From the IMG/VR virus record IMGVR_UViG_2974673715_000001, positions 96,001-160,000 of that record: DNA of 64,000 bases. The stretch is one strand, 5' to 3'. This document shows, piece by piece, positions 19,024 to 27,903 of the stretch. How positions within the stretch are numbered: position 1 is the first letter of the stretch; the number at the start of each line of letters is the position of its first letter. The position numbers and the translations under genes were made by a program. This DNA is from a virus (Duplodnaviria; Caudoviricetes). The notes under the pieces are model-generated. The model made no database searches and was not told the origin of the DNA. It saw nothing but the letters and a program-made list of their open reading frames with translations.

Positions 19024-19608
19024 ATGGCAAAAAGAGGAACGATTGACGATTTTAAGGCAAATGTCGCATCAGACTTTGCTCGTCCTAACCTATTCCAAGT
19101 TGATTTAGCATTTCCCTCTGGAATCATTAATAATTCTGATTTGGTAAACCTTGGTAAGTTCACTGTTCGTGCAGCGAATCTTCCTTCTTCCCAGATTGGT
19201 GTTATTGAAGTTCCTTTCAGAGGACGTACGCTAAAGATCGCAGGAGACAGAACGTTTGAACCTTGGACAATCACTGTTATGAATGACAGTAAGTTTGTTC
19301 TAAGATCCGCATTTGAATTGTGGGCATCAAGCATTCAAGCATACAACGAAAACTTCACTTCCGCAGCAGGTCTTGGAGACGCAGATGATGCAACTGGATA
19401 CTTTGCTGACATGAAGGTTCATCAATTAGCAAGAGATATTAAATCAGGAGAGAAACCAAAAGTTCTCAAATCATATAAGTTCTATAACATCTTCCCTAGT
19501 GCAATCGCAGCGATTGATCTAGATTACGGAAACAACGATGCAATCGAAGAATTCACCGTTGAGATGCAGGTTCAGTATTGGACTCCTCTAGCAGACGCCA
19601 ACGACTAA
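19024..19608 (+). CDS. g19: Tail tube protein gp19
   Basis: ARPNLFQV and PFRGRTLKIAGDRTFEPWTIT motifs. Confidence 0.96.
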   Translation: MAKRGTIDDFKANVASDFARPNLFQVDLAFPSGIINNSDLVNLGKFTVRAANLPSSQIGVIEVPFRGRTLKIAGDRTFEPWTITVMNDSKFVLRSAFELWASSIQAYNENFTSAAGLGDADDATGYFADMKVHQLARDIKSGEKPKVLKSYKFYNIFPSAIAAIDLDYGNNDAIEEFTVEMQVQYWTPLADAND

Positions 19609-19649
19609 CCCGCTAAATAGAACAGGACCAATAATTAAAACATTTAATA

Positions 19650-21251
19650 ATGGCAAATCAGCTCTTCGGTTTTTCACTTGAGAGAGCGAAGAAGGTTCCT
19701 AAGGGACCTTCTTTTGTTCAAAAGGATAGTATGGATGGATCGCAACCTATTGTAGGGGGCGGTTACTATGGATATTCCGTCGATTTTGATGGCACGGTTC
19801 GCAATGAGTATGAACTAATCACTCGTTACAGAGAGATGGTTCTACAACCAGAGTGCGATAGTGCGGTTGATGACATCGTGAATGAAACTATTTGTGGCAA
19901 CTTTGACGACGTTCCCGTCGAAGTCGAGTTGTCTAACTTGAAACAATCCGACAAAATTAAAAAATTAATCAGGGAAGAGTTCCAAACAATTCTTCGCTTG
20001 CTTGATTTCGATAATAGATCGTACGAAATTTTCCGTCGTTGGTATGTCGATGGAAGATTATTTTATCATAAGGTTATCGATCCAGATAACCCTAGAAATG
20101 GTCTTACTGAGTTACGTTATATTGACCCTCGTAAGATTCGTAAGGTTACAGAGTATGATCAGAAACGTCCAAACGAACTTCGTGGACTAGATCTGAATGC
20201 TCAACTTACACAAAAATCTGCAGATTATTATCTATATAATCCTAAGGGTTTGAAGAACTCTGGATCTCAGCAAGGAATTAAAATTGCTGCGGATTCAATC
20301 ACTTATTGTCATTCTGGTATACAGGATCTCAATAAGAATATGACATTAAGTCATCTACATAAAGCAATCAAAGCGGTTAACCAACTCCGTATGATTGAAG
20401 ACTCATTGGTAATCTATAGATTATCAAGAGCACCAGAAAGAAGAATTTTCTACATCGATGTAGGTAACCTTCCTAAGAACAAAGCGGAACAATACCTCCG
20501 TGAAGTTATGGGAAGGTATCGTAATAAATTGGTGTATGACGCAAACACTGGTGAGATTAAAGATGACAAGAAGTTCATGTCCATGTTGGAAGACTTCTGG
20601 TTACCTCGTCGTGAAGGCGGTAGAGGAACTGAGATATCCACTCTTCCTGGCGGACAAAACCTTGGTGAACTAGAAGACGTTAAGTATTTCCAGAAAAAGT
20701 TATACAAAGCGTTGAACGTACCGTCATCAAGACTTGAGACTGAGACTACCTTTAACATAGGTCGTGCTGCTGAAATTACTAGGGACGAAGTAAAGTTCCA
20801 GAAATTTATTGCACGTCTCCGCAAGAGATTCTCAGAATTGTTTATGGATCTCCTTAAAACTCAACTCGTTCTGAAGGGCACAATGACTCTTGAGGATTGG
20901 GATGATATCAAAGAACATATTCAATTTGACTTTATTGCTGACAACTACTTCACTGAACTGAAGGAAATTGAAATCCGCAATGAGCGTATGAATCAAGTGA
21001 ACACAATGGATCCTTACGTTGGTAAATACTTCTCTATTGAGTATATGCGTCGTCAGGTTCTAAAACAAACTGAACAGGAGATTAAGGAAATTGACAAACA
21101 AATGGATTCTGAACGAGAAGCAGGTCTTATACTTGATCCAGAGCAAGCAATGGATCCCGCTATGGATCCTGGCGCTGCCCCAAATGGGGAAGTAGCTCCA
21201 CAAGAAACTCCTCAAGTAGACGCGGGTGACGCGAAACGGGGAGAAATCTAA
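19650..21251 (+). CDS. g20: Portal protein gp20
   Basis: RRWYVDGR, RAPERRIFYIDVGNLP and EDFWLPRREGGRGTEI motifs. Confidence 0.98.
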   Translation: MANQLFGFSLERAKKVPKGPSFVQKDSMDGSQPIVGGGYYGYSVDFDGTVRNEYELITRYREMVLQPECDSAVDDIVNETICGNFDDVPVEVELSNLKQSDKIKKLIREEFQTILRLLDFDNRSYEIFRRWYVDGRLFYHKVIDPDNPRNGLTELRYIDPRKIRKVTEYDQKRPNELRGLDLNAQLTQKSADYYLYNPKGLKNSGSQQGIKIAADSITYCHSGIQDLNKNMTLSHLHKAIKAVNQLRMIEDSLVIYRLSRAPERRIFYIDVGNLPKNKAEQYLREVMGRYRNKLVYDANTGEIKDDKKFMSMLEDFWLPRREGGRGTEISTLPGGQNLGELEDVKYFQKKLYKALNVPSSRLETETTFNIGRAAEITRDEVKFQKFIARLRKRFSELFMDLLKTQLVLKGTMTLEDWDDIKEHIQFDFIADNYFTELKEIEIRNERMNQVNTMDPYVGKYFSIEYMRRQVLKQTEQEIKEIDKQMDSEREAGLILDPEQAMDPAMDPGAAPNGEVAPQETPQVDAGDAKRGEI

Positions 21252-21281
21252 ACTATAAATAATAAATGTGAAAGGAAAATT

Positions 21282-21632
21282 ATGCCTACTGAAATTGCAA
21301 AACAAATAGTTCAACAAATCTTCGGAGACGACAAAGCGAAAGCAGTTGACTCCGTGAATGATGCATTGGCTGCAACTGCATATGATGCCATTCAAGCAAG
21401 AAAGGTTGAGTTCGCAAAAAGTATGGGGTTTGAACTAGATGATACCGCACAGGATGCTGCAGATGAAATTGCAGATAACCTACCTGACGGAACTGACGAA
21501 CCTGAAACTGTTGAAGTTGATGGTCGCAAACCTGAAGATCCACCAGAAGAACCAGAAGCACCCGTTGCTGACGGAACACCTTCTTCTGTAGAAGAACCAA
21601 TCGAGGAACCAACCGATGAGACTAATAGCTGA
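21282..21632 (+). CDS. Acidic prohead core-like protein
   Basis: Acidic ORF between g20 and g21, the gp67/68 position. Confidence 0.6.
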   Translation: MPTEIAKQIVQQIFGDDKAKAVDSVNDALAATAYDAIQARKVEFAKSMGFELDDTAQDAADEIADNLPDGTDEPETVEVDGRKPEDPPEEPEAPVADGTPSSVEEPIEEPTDETNS

Positions 21633-22260
21633 AGAAATTACAAACGTTGATTTTATCTGCGAAGATAAAGAAGGCAAGAAAAATTACTTCATTGAAGGTG
21701 TCTTTCTACAAGCGGAATTAAAAAACCGCAACAATAGAATGTATCCCTTGAAGACTTTATCCAAAGAAGTCGCTAAATATGATGAGAACTACATTCAAAA
21801 AGGGCGTGCCCTTGGAGAATTAGGTCATCCTGATGGTCCGTCAATTAACCTTGACCGCGTTTCCCATAAGATTCTTTCTCTAAAGGAAGATGGAAACAAC
21901 TTCATAGGTAGAGCAAAACTGCTAGACACACCTATGGGTGGAATCGCAAAGAACCTCTTAGATGAGGGTGTCAAACTAGGTGTTTCATCTAGAGGCATGG
22001 GTTCAATTCGTAAAGAAGAGAACTGTAATGTTGTTATGGACGACTTTATGCTCGCAACTGCAGCAGATATAGTCGCCGATCCTTCCGCTCCTGATGCTTT
22101 TGTCAATGGAATTATGGAAGGAAAGGAGTGGGTTTGGGACAATGGAGTCCTAAAAGAAGCTGCTGTGGCAGAAATTAAACAAGAAATTGATCAAGCAACT
22201 CTAATTAATCTCCAAGAACGTAAGGTTTCCGCGTTTGAGGCGTTTTTAAAGAGTTTGTGA
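21616..22260 (+). CDS. g21: Prohead protease gp21
   Basis: ALGELGHP, GVSSRGMGS and DIVADPSAPDA motifs. Confidence 0.97.
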   Translation: MRLIAEEITNVDFICEDKEGKKNYFIEGVFLQAELKNRNNRMYPLKTLSKEVAKYDENYIQKGRALGELGHPDGPSINLDRVSHKILSLKEDGNNFIGRAKLLDTPMGGIAKNLLDEGVKLGVSSRGMGSIRKEENCNVVMDDFMLATAADIVADPSAPDAFVNGIMEGKEWVWDNGVLKEAAVAEIKQEIDQATLINLQERKVSAFEAFLKSL

Positions 22261-22308
22261 TTTATAAATAAATACAGACAACGCTAATGCATAACGGAGT
22301 TTAAACAA

Positions 22309-23355
22309 ATGGCTGAGACCCTCGATAAAGAGTTAGATAACATGGAGCAAGTGGACGAAGGCTCTGATCCTATCACCAAGAACGCAAAACCTGGTGAGAA
22401 GATGGACACTTCCAAAGCAGGAAGTCCAAAAAAAGTCGTCAACGTAGAAGGACCTGTAGGTGCTTCAATGGAAGGCGCAAAAGGAACTAAGAACGCAGGT
22501 AGTTCTGCTGCAGGTGCAGTGAACTATGAGGGTTCTAAGTCTCTGAGCACAAAACCAAGTGCTGCATCCGCAAAACAAGAGGAGGTAGAAACGGAAGATG
22601 GCGAAAAAGAAGAAATCGCTGAAACCAAGTACGACTTTACTCAGGATGTTGACGCTCTTGTCGCAGGTGAAGAACTATCAGAAGAGTTCCGAGTAAAAGC
22701 AGCTACTATTTTTGAAGCAGCTGTTACTGCCAAAGTTAACGACGAAGTTAAAGCGTTGCAAGAAGCGTTTGAAACTACGCTGACTGAAGAAGTCGAAAAA
22801 GTTCAAACAGAATTGGCCGAGAAGGTTGACGATTACTTGTCTTATGCTGCCGAGCAATGGATGAAGGAAAACTCATTGCAAATCGAGCATGGCATCAAGA
22901 CTGAGATGGCAGAATCGTTCTTCAAAGGTCTAAAAGGTCTCTTCTTAGAGCACAACTTTACAGTGCCTGAGGAGAAGTTCAACCTGCTAGATGGAATGGC
23001 AGGTGAGCTTGATGATATGGAAGCTAAACTCAACGAGCAAATCGACACTAATGTTGCTTTGAACAAGCGCATTGGTGAGTTTGTAAAAATGGAAATTGTG
23101 AACGACGCAGCTACTGGACTAGCAGAAACCCAAAAGGAGAAGTTAGCATCATTAGCAGAGGGTGTTGAGTTTGAAAATGAAGAAGATTTTCGCAAGAAGG
23201 TCGAAACTATCAAGGAATCCTACTTTACTAAGAAGGCTGAAGTCGCTACAAAAGCAACTGAACCCACTGAAGAAAGTTCCGCTCCTTTGGTAGAAGATAC
23301 TAACAGCAGCACAATGTCGAAGTACGTTGATGCACTCGCTCGTTGGTCCAAATAA
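22309..23355 (+). CDS. g22: Prohead scaffold protein gp22
   Basis: LSEEFRVKAATIFEAA and VDDYLSYAAEQW motifs. Confidence 0.95.
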   Translation: MAETLDKELDNMEQVDEGSDPITKNAKPGEKMDTSKAGSPKKVVNVEGPVGASMEGAKGTKNAGSSAAGAVNYEGSKSLSTKPSAASAKQEEVETEDGEKEEIAETKYDFTQDVDALVAGEELSEEFRVKAATIFEAAVTAKVNDEVKALQEAFETTLTEEVEKVQTELAEKVDDYLSYAAEQWMKENSLQIEHGIKTEMAESFFKGLKGLFLEHNFTVPEEKFNLLDGMAGELDDMEAKLNEQIDTNVALNKRIGEFVKMEIVNDAATGLAETQKEKLASLAEGVEFENEEDFRKKVETIKESYFTKKAEVATKATEPTEESSAPLVEDTNSSTMSKYVDALARWSK

Positions 23356-23386
23356 TTAACTACTAATCCCAAGAGGTAAATTTAAA

Positions 23387-24784
23387 ATGTCTTTAAATCA
23401 ACTTCAGGAGAAGTGGGCACCCGTTCTAAATCACGAATCTCTACCTGAGATTGATGATGCACATAAGCGTGGCGTCGTAGCACAACTCCTAGAGAACCAA
23501 GAAAAAGCATTAGTCGAAGAAGGACAAATCCTTACAGAGACTCTACAAACCGCAGGTACAGGTGGTTTCGGTGGCGGTGCCACTGCAACAGGTCCTGTAG
23601 CAGGTTTCGACCCAGTATTGATCAGTCTTATCAGACGTTCAATGCCACAATTAATTGCATATGATATTGCAGGTGTCCAGCCAATGACTGGTCCTACAGG
23701 TCTTATCTTTGCAATGAGAACACAGTACGGTACTGAAAGAGATCCTTCCAGTGGCGATTACAGAGAAGCATTCTTTAATGAGCCTAACGCAGGTTTCTCT
23801 GGTGCTGATGGTAACCGTCTTGCTGACTACGATCCAACTGCATCTGGTGGTTCTGCCATTAACGATGCTGAAGGTGCTAACCCAGGTCTTCTTAATGATT
23901 CCCCTGCAGGAACATATGAGTTGACAGGTGACGCTCAAGGAATGAACACCACTGCTCTTGAAGCAATTACAGATGCTGCTGCAGCAACTGCCTTCAGAGA
24001 AATGGGTTTCTCAATCGAGAAAGTTACTGTTACTGCTAAAGCTCGCGCTTTAAAGGCAGAGTACAGTATTGAGCTTGCTCAAGACTTGAAAGCAATTCAT
24101 GGTCTTGATGCCGAGCAGGAGTTAGCAAACATTCTTTCAACTGAAATCCTTGCTGAAATCAACAGGGAAGTTGTTAGAACAATCTATGTTAACGCTGTTG
24201 CAGGTGCTCAAAACAACACTGCTAACGCAGGTATCTTCGACCTTGACGTTGACTCAAATGGTAGATGGTCTGTTGAGAAATTCAAAGGACTTCTGTTCCA
24301 GATTGAAAGAGACGCAAACGCAATCGGTCATCAGACACGTCGCGGAAAGGGTAATATCATCATCGCATCTGCTGATGTTGTATCTGCTCTTGGTATGGCT
24401 GGCGTTCTTGATTACGCTCCTGGTCTTCAAGGTAACAATGGTCTTGTTCCTGATGACACATCTTCAACTCTTGTTGGAACTCTTAACGGAAGAATCAAGG
24501 TTTACGTTGACCCATATTCAGCAAACGTAAGTGACAAGCACTACTACGTTGCAGGCTACAAAGGAACTTCTCCTTATGACGCAGGATTATTCTACTGCCC
24601 ATATGTACCTTTACAGCAAGTCAGAGCAATCAACCCTGACACATTCCAGCCAAAAATTGGATTTAAGACTAGATACGGTATGGTTTCTAACCCATTCGCT
24701 CAAGGTCTTACCCAAGGTTCTGGAGCACTTACTGCTAATACTAACAAGTATTACAGAAGAGTTCAGGTTGCTAACTTAATGTAA
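23387..24784 (+). CDS. g23: Major capsid protein gp23
   Basis: LIRRSMPQLIAYDIAGVQPMTGPTGLIFAMR and FQPKIGFKTRYG motifs. Confidence 0.99.
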   Translation: MSLNQLQEKWAPVLNHESLPEIDDAHKRGVVAQLLENQEKALVEEGQILTETLQTAGTGGFGGGATATGPVAGFDPVLISLIRRSMPQLIAYDIAGVQPMTGPTGLIFAMRTQYGTERDPSSGDYREAFFNEPNAGFSGADGNRLADYDPTASGGSAINDAEGANPGLLNDSPAGTYELTGDAQGMNTTALEAITDAAAATAFREMGFSIEKVTVTAKARALKAEYSIELAQDLKAIHGLDAEQELANILSTEILAEINREVVRTIYVNAVAGAQNNTANAGIFDLDVDSNGRWSVEKFKGLLFQIERDANAIGHQTRRGKGNIIIASADVVSALGMAGVLDYAPGLQGNNGLVPDDTSSTLVGTLNGRIKVYVDPYSANVSDKHYYVAGYKGTSPYDAGLFYCPYVPLQQVRAINPDTFQPKIGFKTRYGMVSNPFAQGLTQGSGALTANTNKYYRRVQVANLM

Positions 24785-24807
24785 TAAGTATTATTACTTA
24801 ACTTTCT

Positions 24808-24834
24808 AGAGGGTGCTTGACACCCTCTTTTTTT
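24808..24834 (+). terminator. g23 intrinsic terminator
   Basis: AGAGGGTG-CTTGA-CACCCTCT followed by a T-tract. Confidence 0.85.
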
Positions 24835-24844
24835 ATGCTATAGT
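24817..24844 (+). promoter_or_regulatory. Sigma70-type promoter overlapping the terminator
   Basis: TTGACA (24817)-16 nt-TATAGT (24839) with a TG extension. Confidence 0.7.
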
Positions 24845-24865
24845 ATATTTGTTGGACGCAACACT

Positions 24866-25036
24866 GGGAGTGACTGAATAAACTTACTGGCATATAGCTG
24901 GTTAAGGTGATGCGACAGAGGTGGTGCTCGCTGTCAGGAATGGCAGAACTACAAACCAAGTAGGTCGTAGGCAGAGTGGTAATTCTAAACTGTAGAAATG
25001 CCCTGCTCTTGTTGGTATACAGGAATCCAACCTCCC
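24866..25036 (+). ncRNA. Large structured RNA, probably manA-motif-like
   Basis: Terminal GGGAG/CTCCC pairing. Internal stems ACTGGC/GCTGGT, CTGTCA-GGAA-TGGCAG, CTAC/GTAG, TTCTA/TAGAA and GTTGG/CCAAC. No plus-strand ORF. The family name is from recollection only. Confidence 0.65.
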
Positions 25037-25170
25037 CCATTAATTTTTTTGTAGAAGGGTAAAGTACCTAGTGAGATTGTCAGGTTTCCCTTATAAGTAG
25101 TAATAGAATTAGGGTTAACAAGATGCACTAAACCTTCTTTGTTATTCACTTCAAAAATGGAGAGAGATTT

Positions 25171-25317
25171 ATGCACAACCTAGTATCATATAATCAATTA
25201 GCAGGTTCTTACGAGGAAGAACACGACACACGGCTAACAGAATACTACGAGTGTTTAATCGAATGTGACGACCAACAACAGATCTGTAAAAGAATTTGCA
25301 GAGAGGTTCTTATGTAA
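25171..25317 (+). CDS. Small twin-CX3C protein (48 aa; not in the ORF track)
   Basis: GGAG SD; MHNLVSYNQLAG...YYECLIECDDQQQICKRICREVLM; followed by a terminator. Confidence 0.8.
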   Translation: MHNLVSYNQLAGSYEEEHDTRLTEYYECLIECDDQQQICKRICREVLM

Positions 25318-25338
25318 CACATATTCGGGAAGACTTAG

Positions 25339-25365
25339 AAAGGGGGCAGAGATGCTCCCTTTTTT
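25339..25365 (+). terminator. Intrinsic terminator
   Basis: AAAGGGGGCA-GAGA-TGCTCCCTTT followed by a T-tract. Confidence 0.8.
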
Positions 25366-25401
25366 ATGTGCTAAATAGCTCTATCACAATGGAATTATAT
25401 T

Positions 25402-25599
25402 ATGGATTATAATCCTTATTCTCCTGAGTGGCATCGAAAAAGGTATCTAAAGGAAGCACTTTTTAAATACCTTGACGACTACGTTGAGAACGATATCATT
25501 ATAAATGATATCAAAGATATCCTTCACAGTAGATCTGATGAAGCGTACAAAGAGTATACTAAACTCAATCAACTATCCGCCAAACTCAGTAAAGAATAA
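25402..25599 (+). CDS. Hypothetical protein
   Basis: PYSPEWHRKRYL; late-type TAAATA upstream. Confidence 0.7.
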   Translation: MDYNPYSPEWHRKRYLKEALFKYLDDYVENDIIINDIKDILHSRSDEAYKEYTKLNQLSAKLSKE

Positions 25600-25602
25600 C
25601 AA

Positions 25603-25920
25603 ATGCTTTCAACCCAATACCGACTCCGACTGGAGTCTATCTGTAAACAGATCGTAGATGGTGAAAATGTCAAACTAGAAGACATGATTTGGGCACAAAA
25701 ACTAGCAAAAAGAAATACCACTGCTGCCACTTGGATGCGACAAGCACGACAGAAAGCAGCAAATCCTGACATGAAAAATGGAGGGACGGACGATTTTCTG
25801 AATAAGATGGGGTTAGGAGAACCCGACCCATCGGATTATAGAAGCGGGTTCAATAGTGCAGATGACATTGGTGAATGGTTTAACAGAGAGAAACCTGACG
25901 ACTGGAGACAACGAGACTAA
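25603..25920 (+). CDS. Hypothetical protein
   Basis: MLSTQYRLRLE...DWRQRD; clean ORF in the operon. Confidence 0.75.
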   Translation: MLSTQYRLRLESICKQIVDGENVKLEDMIWAQKLAKRNTTAATWMRQARQKAANPDMKNGGTDDFLNKMGLGEPDPSDYRSGFNSADDIGEWFNREKPDDWRQRD

Positions 25921-26468
25921 TGGCAAACTGGTTCCAAGACCAACTAACAAATAGAAACTTTCTTTCCCCTATAGGATATCTTTTCCTATTAGATAAGGCA
26001 AAGAAGGTGTCTTTTTTATGTCAACAAGCAGAGATTCCATCAATAAATTTAGGTGATGTTCTTATTCCTACTGCAGGTTTAGTCCCTTTACCTAGAGAAG
26101 GAAACATACGCTATGGTGATTTGACCGTTGAGTTTATCGTAGATGAAGATCTAAGAAACTACATGGAAATCCACAACTGGATGCGTGCTTTAGGAACTCC
26201 ACAATATTATGATGAGCGTGTTGCATGGGAAACCAAGTATCAAGACGCACCGTCACAAGACGTACGTTTCTCTGACGCTACTCTTCAAGTATTAAACAAC
26301 AATAACTTAGCAAACTTTGATGTAGTCTTCAAAGATTTATTTCCTACAGAACTATCAACACTATCATTTGATGTTTCACAAGGTGATAATTCATTCATGA
26401 CTGCACAGGCAACTTTTAAATATACTCTATACGAAATCAGAAACGTAAATTCGAGAACTAGACGATGA
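25920..26468 (+). CDS. g3: Tail tube terminator / tail completion gp3
   Basis: NFLSPIG, FIVDEDLRNYMEIHNW and FKDLFPTELS motifs. Confidence 0.88.
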   Translation: MANWFQDQLTNRNFLSPIGYLFLLDKAKKVSFLCQQAEIPSINLGDVLIPTAGLVPLPREGNIRYGDLTVEFIVDEDLRNYMEIHNWMRALGTPQYYDERVAWETKYQDAPSQDVRFSDATLQVLNNNNLANFDVVFKDLFPTELSTLSFDVSQGDNSFMTAQATFKYTLYEIRNVNSRTRR

Positions 26469-26866
26469 AGAAGTTCAATCTATTCAAGTTTGAGCATACA
26501 TGGGGTGGTAAAGATAACTGGTATACTAAATCTACTAGGTGGGCGAAGAAGCAACCCTTCCCTTTAAACCATTTAATTACAGGTTTTATCGAATGGTTGC
26601 ATATTCAGTGGAATGATGGTAAAATAATTATGGCTATGGACGACGTTGATCGTCAGGTAGATAAAATCCAATCCCAGTGGGAGGAAAATGAGCAACAAAC
26701 AAGACACACAATCGTGGAGACAGGAGTATTTGGAGATGAAGGCTGGTCTCTCGAAATTACAAATCCGATTGTTGAAAGAGGGTCCTCATCAACTAGCACA
26801 GGCATGGTTACTCCAAGCGATGCACAACGACTACAAGAAGATGAAGGGGATCAAGGAACCACCTAG
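26465..26866 (+). CDS. Hypothetical protein
   Basis: ATGA-coupled to g3; the 3' half overlaps the next ORF. Confidence 0.6.
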   Translation: MKKFNLFKFEHTWGGKDNWYTKSTRWAKKQPFPLNHLITGFIEWLHIQWNDGKIIMAMDDVDRQVDKIQSQWEENEQQTRHTIVETGVFGDEGWSLEITNPIVERGSSSTSTGMVTPSDAQRLQEDEGDQGTT

Positions 26867-26933
26867 TCGTGAGTCTGGATATCAGATTTCAATGAAAGAG
26901 TGGTTTGAACGTGAAAAGGATCAGGGTGTATGA
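26688..26933 (+). CDS. Hypothetical protein
   Basis: GGAGG SD before the ATG; ATGA-coupled to uvsY. Confidence 0.7.
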   Translation: MSNKQDTQSWRQEYLEMKAGLSKLQIRLLKEGPHQLAQAWLLQAMHNDYKKMKGIKEPPSRESGYQISMKEWFEREKDQGV

Positions 26934-27358
26934 ATCTTGAACAATTTCAAGAGATGTGGAAAAAGGATAGTGTAATTGACGGAGATTTATACTGCGAAGA
27001 ATCTACAAAAATTCCACAACTTCATATGAAATATATGGAGTATCACAATACTTTCTCTCTTATGAAAAAAGAAAGAGAGTTAGAAATGAAACGTCTCATA
27101 AAAGAAAAATGGTTATACTATAAAGGTAAAGCACCCTCTTCAGTATACAAAGAAACACCATTTGATTTTAAACTTACTACAAAAGAAGAGATCAATATGT
27201 TTATTGAAGCAGATGATGCTATCTGCAAACTACAATTTAAGATAGACTACATAGAACAAGTTCTATTGTATCTTGATAGTATCTTACGAATGATAAACAA
27301 TCGTAATTTTCAAATTAAGAATGCAATTGAATGGGAAAAATTTAAGAATGGTTTTTAA
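26930..27358 (+). CDS. uvsY: Recombination mediator UvsY
   Basis: KIPQLHMKY, WLYYKGK and RNFQIKNAIEW motifs. Confidence 0.92.
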   Translation: MNLEQFQEMWKKDSVIDGDLYCEESTKIPQLHMKYMEYHNTFSLMKKERELEMKRLIKEKWLYYKGKAPSSVYKETPFDFKLTTKEEINMFIEADDAICKLQFKIDYIEQVLLYLDSILRMINNRNFQIKNAIEWEKFKNGF

Positions 27359-27903
27359 TGAATTACGGATTGCCCTACAAAGAAGTTATCTTCAATACAA
27401 AGGCACAGGATATAGTCAACAAGGTAATTTCGTATAGACATAATTGGACTAGAGGACAAATTCGTAGCGGAGTCCAATCAAATAGAAGTTCAGAGATAGC
27501 ATGGTTAGGAGATAGAGAACTCCTGTCCATGCTTCTTCGTATGATTAAGAAAATAAATGAAGATGCTCGTTGGAATCTAAAGATTACAGGTGTCGAACCA
27601 GTTCAGTATGGTAGATATGGTGAAGGTGATTTTTATGATTGGCACATAGATCAACACCCTCAACCAGTAAAGGGATTAGTAAGAAAGGTTAGTATGACAC
27701 TCTTTCTAAATGAAGATTACGAAGGAGGCGAGTTTGATTTGGAGATATATAAACCAGAGACAGATCCCAGATATAAAACTTTCAAGTTAAATGCAGGATC
27801 TGCTATCTTTTTCCAAAGTGATCGATGGCACAGGGTACGTCCTATCACATCTGGAACTCGTGAATCTTTAGTAGCATGGTTTTATGGACCTCCTTATTCG
27901 TAA
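27358..27903 (+). CDS. 2OG-Fe(II) oxygenase (prolyl-4-hydroxylase-like)
   Basis: YDWHID, RKVSMT, YEGGEF and HRVRPITSGTRESLVAW motifs. Confidence 0.9.
   Translation: MNYGLPYKEVIFNTKAQDIVNKVISYRHNWTRGQIRSGVQSNRSSEIAWLGDRELLSMLLRMIKKINEDARWNLKITGVEPVQYGRYGEGDFYDWHIDQHPQPVKGLVRKVSMTLFLNEDYEGGEFDLEIYKPETDPRYKTFKLNAGSAIFFQSDRWHRVRPITSGTRESLVAWFYGPPYS

Noticed and set aside
24798-25176. Two minus-strand ORFs after g23
   Set aside because: They overlap the structured RNA and promoter and show no protein-like features.
25171-25317. CP12
   Set aside because: No AWD.VEEL motif or C-terminal C..P...EC motif.
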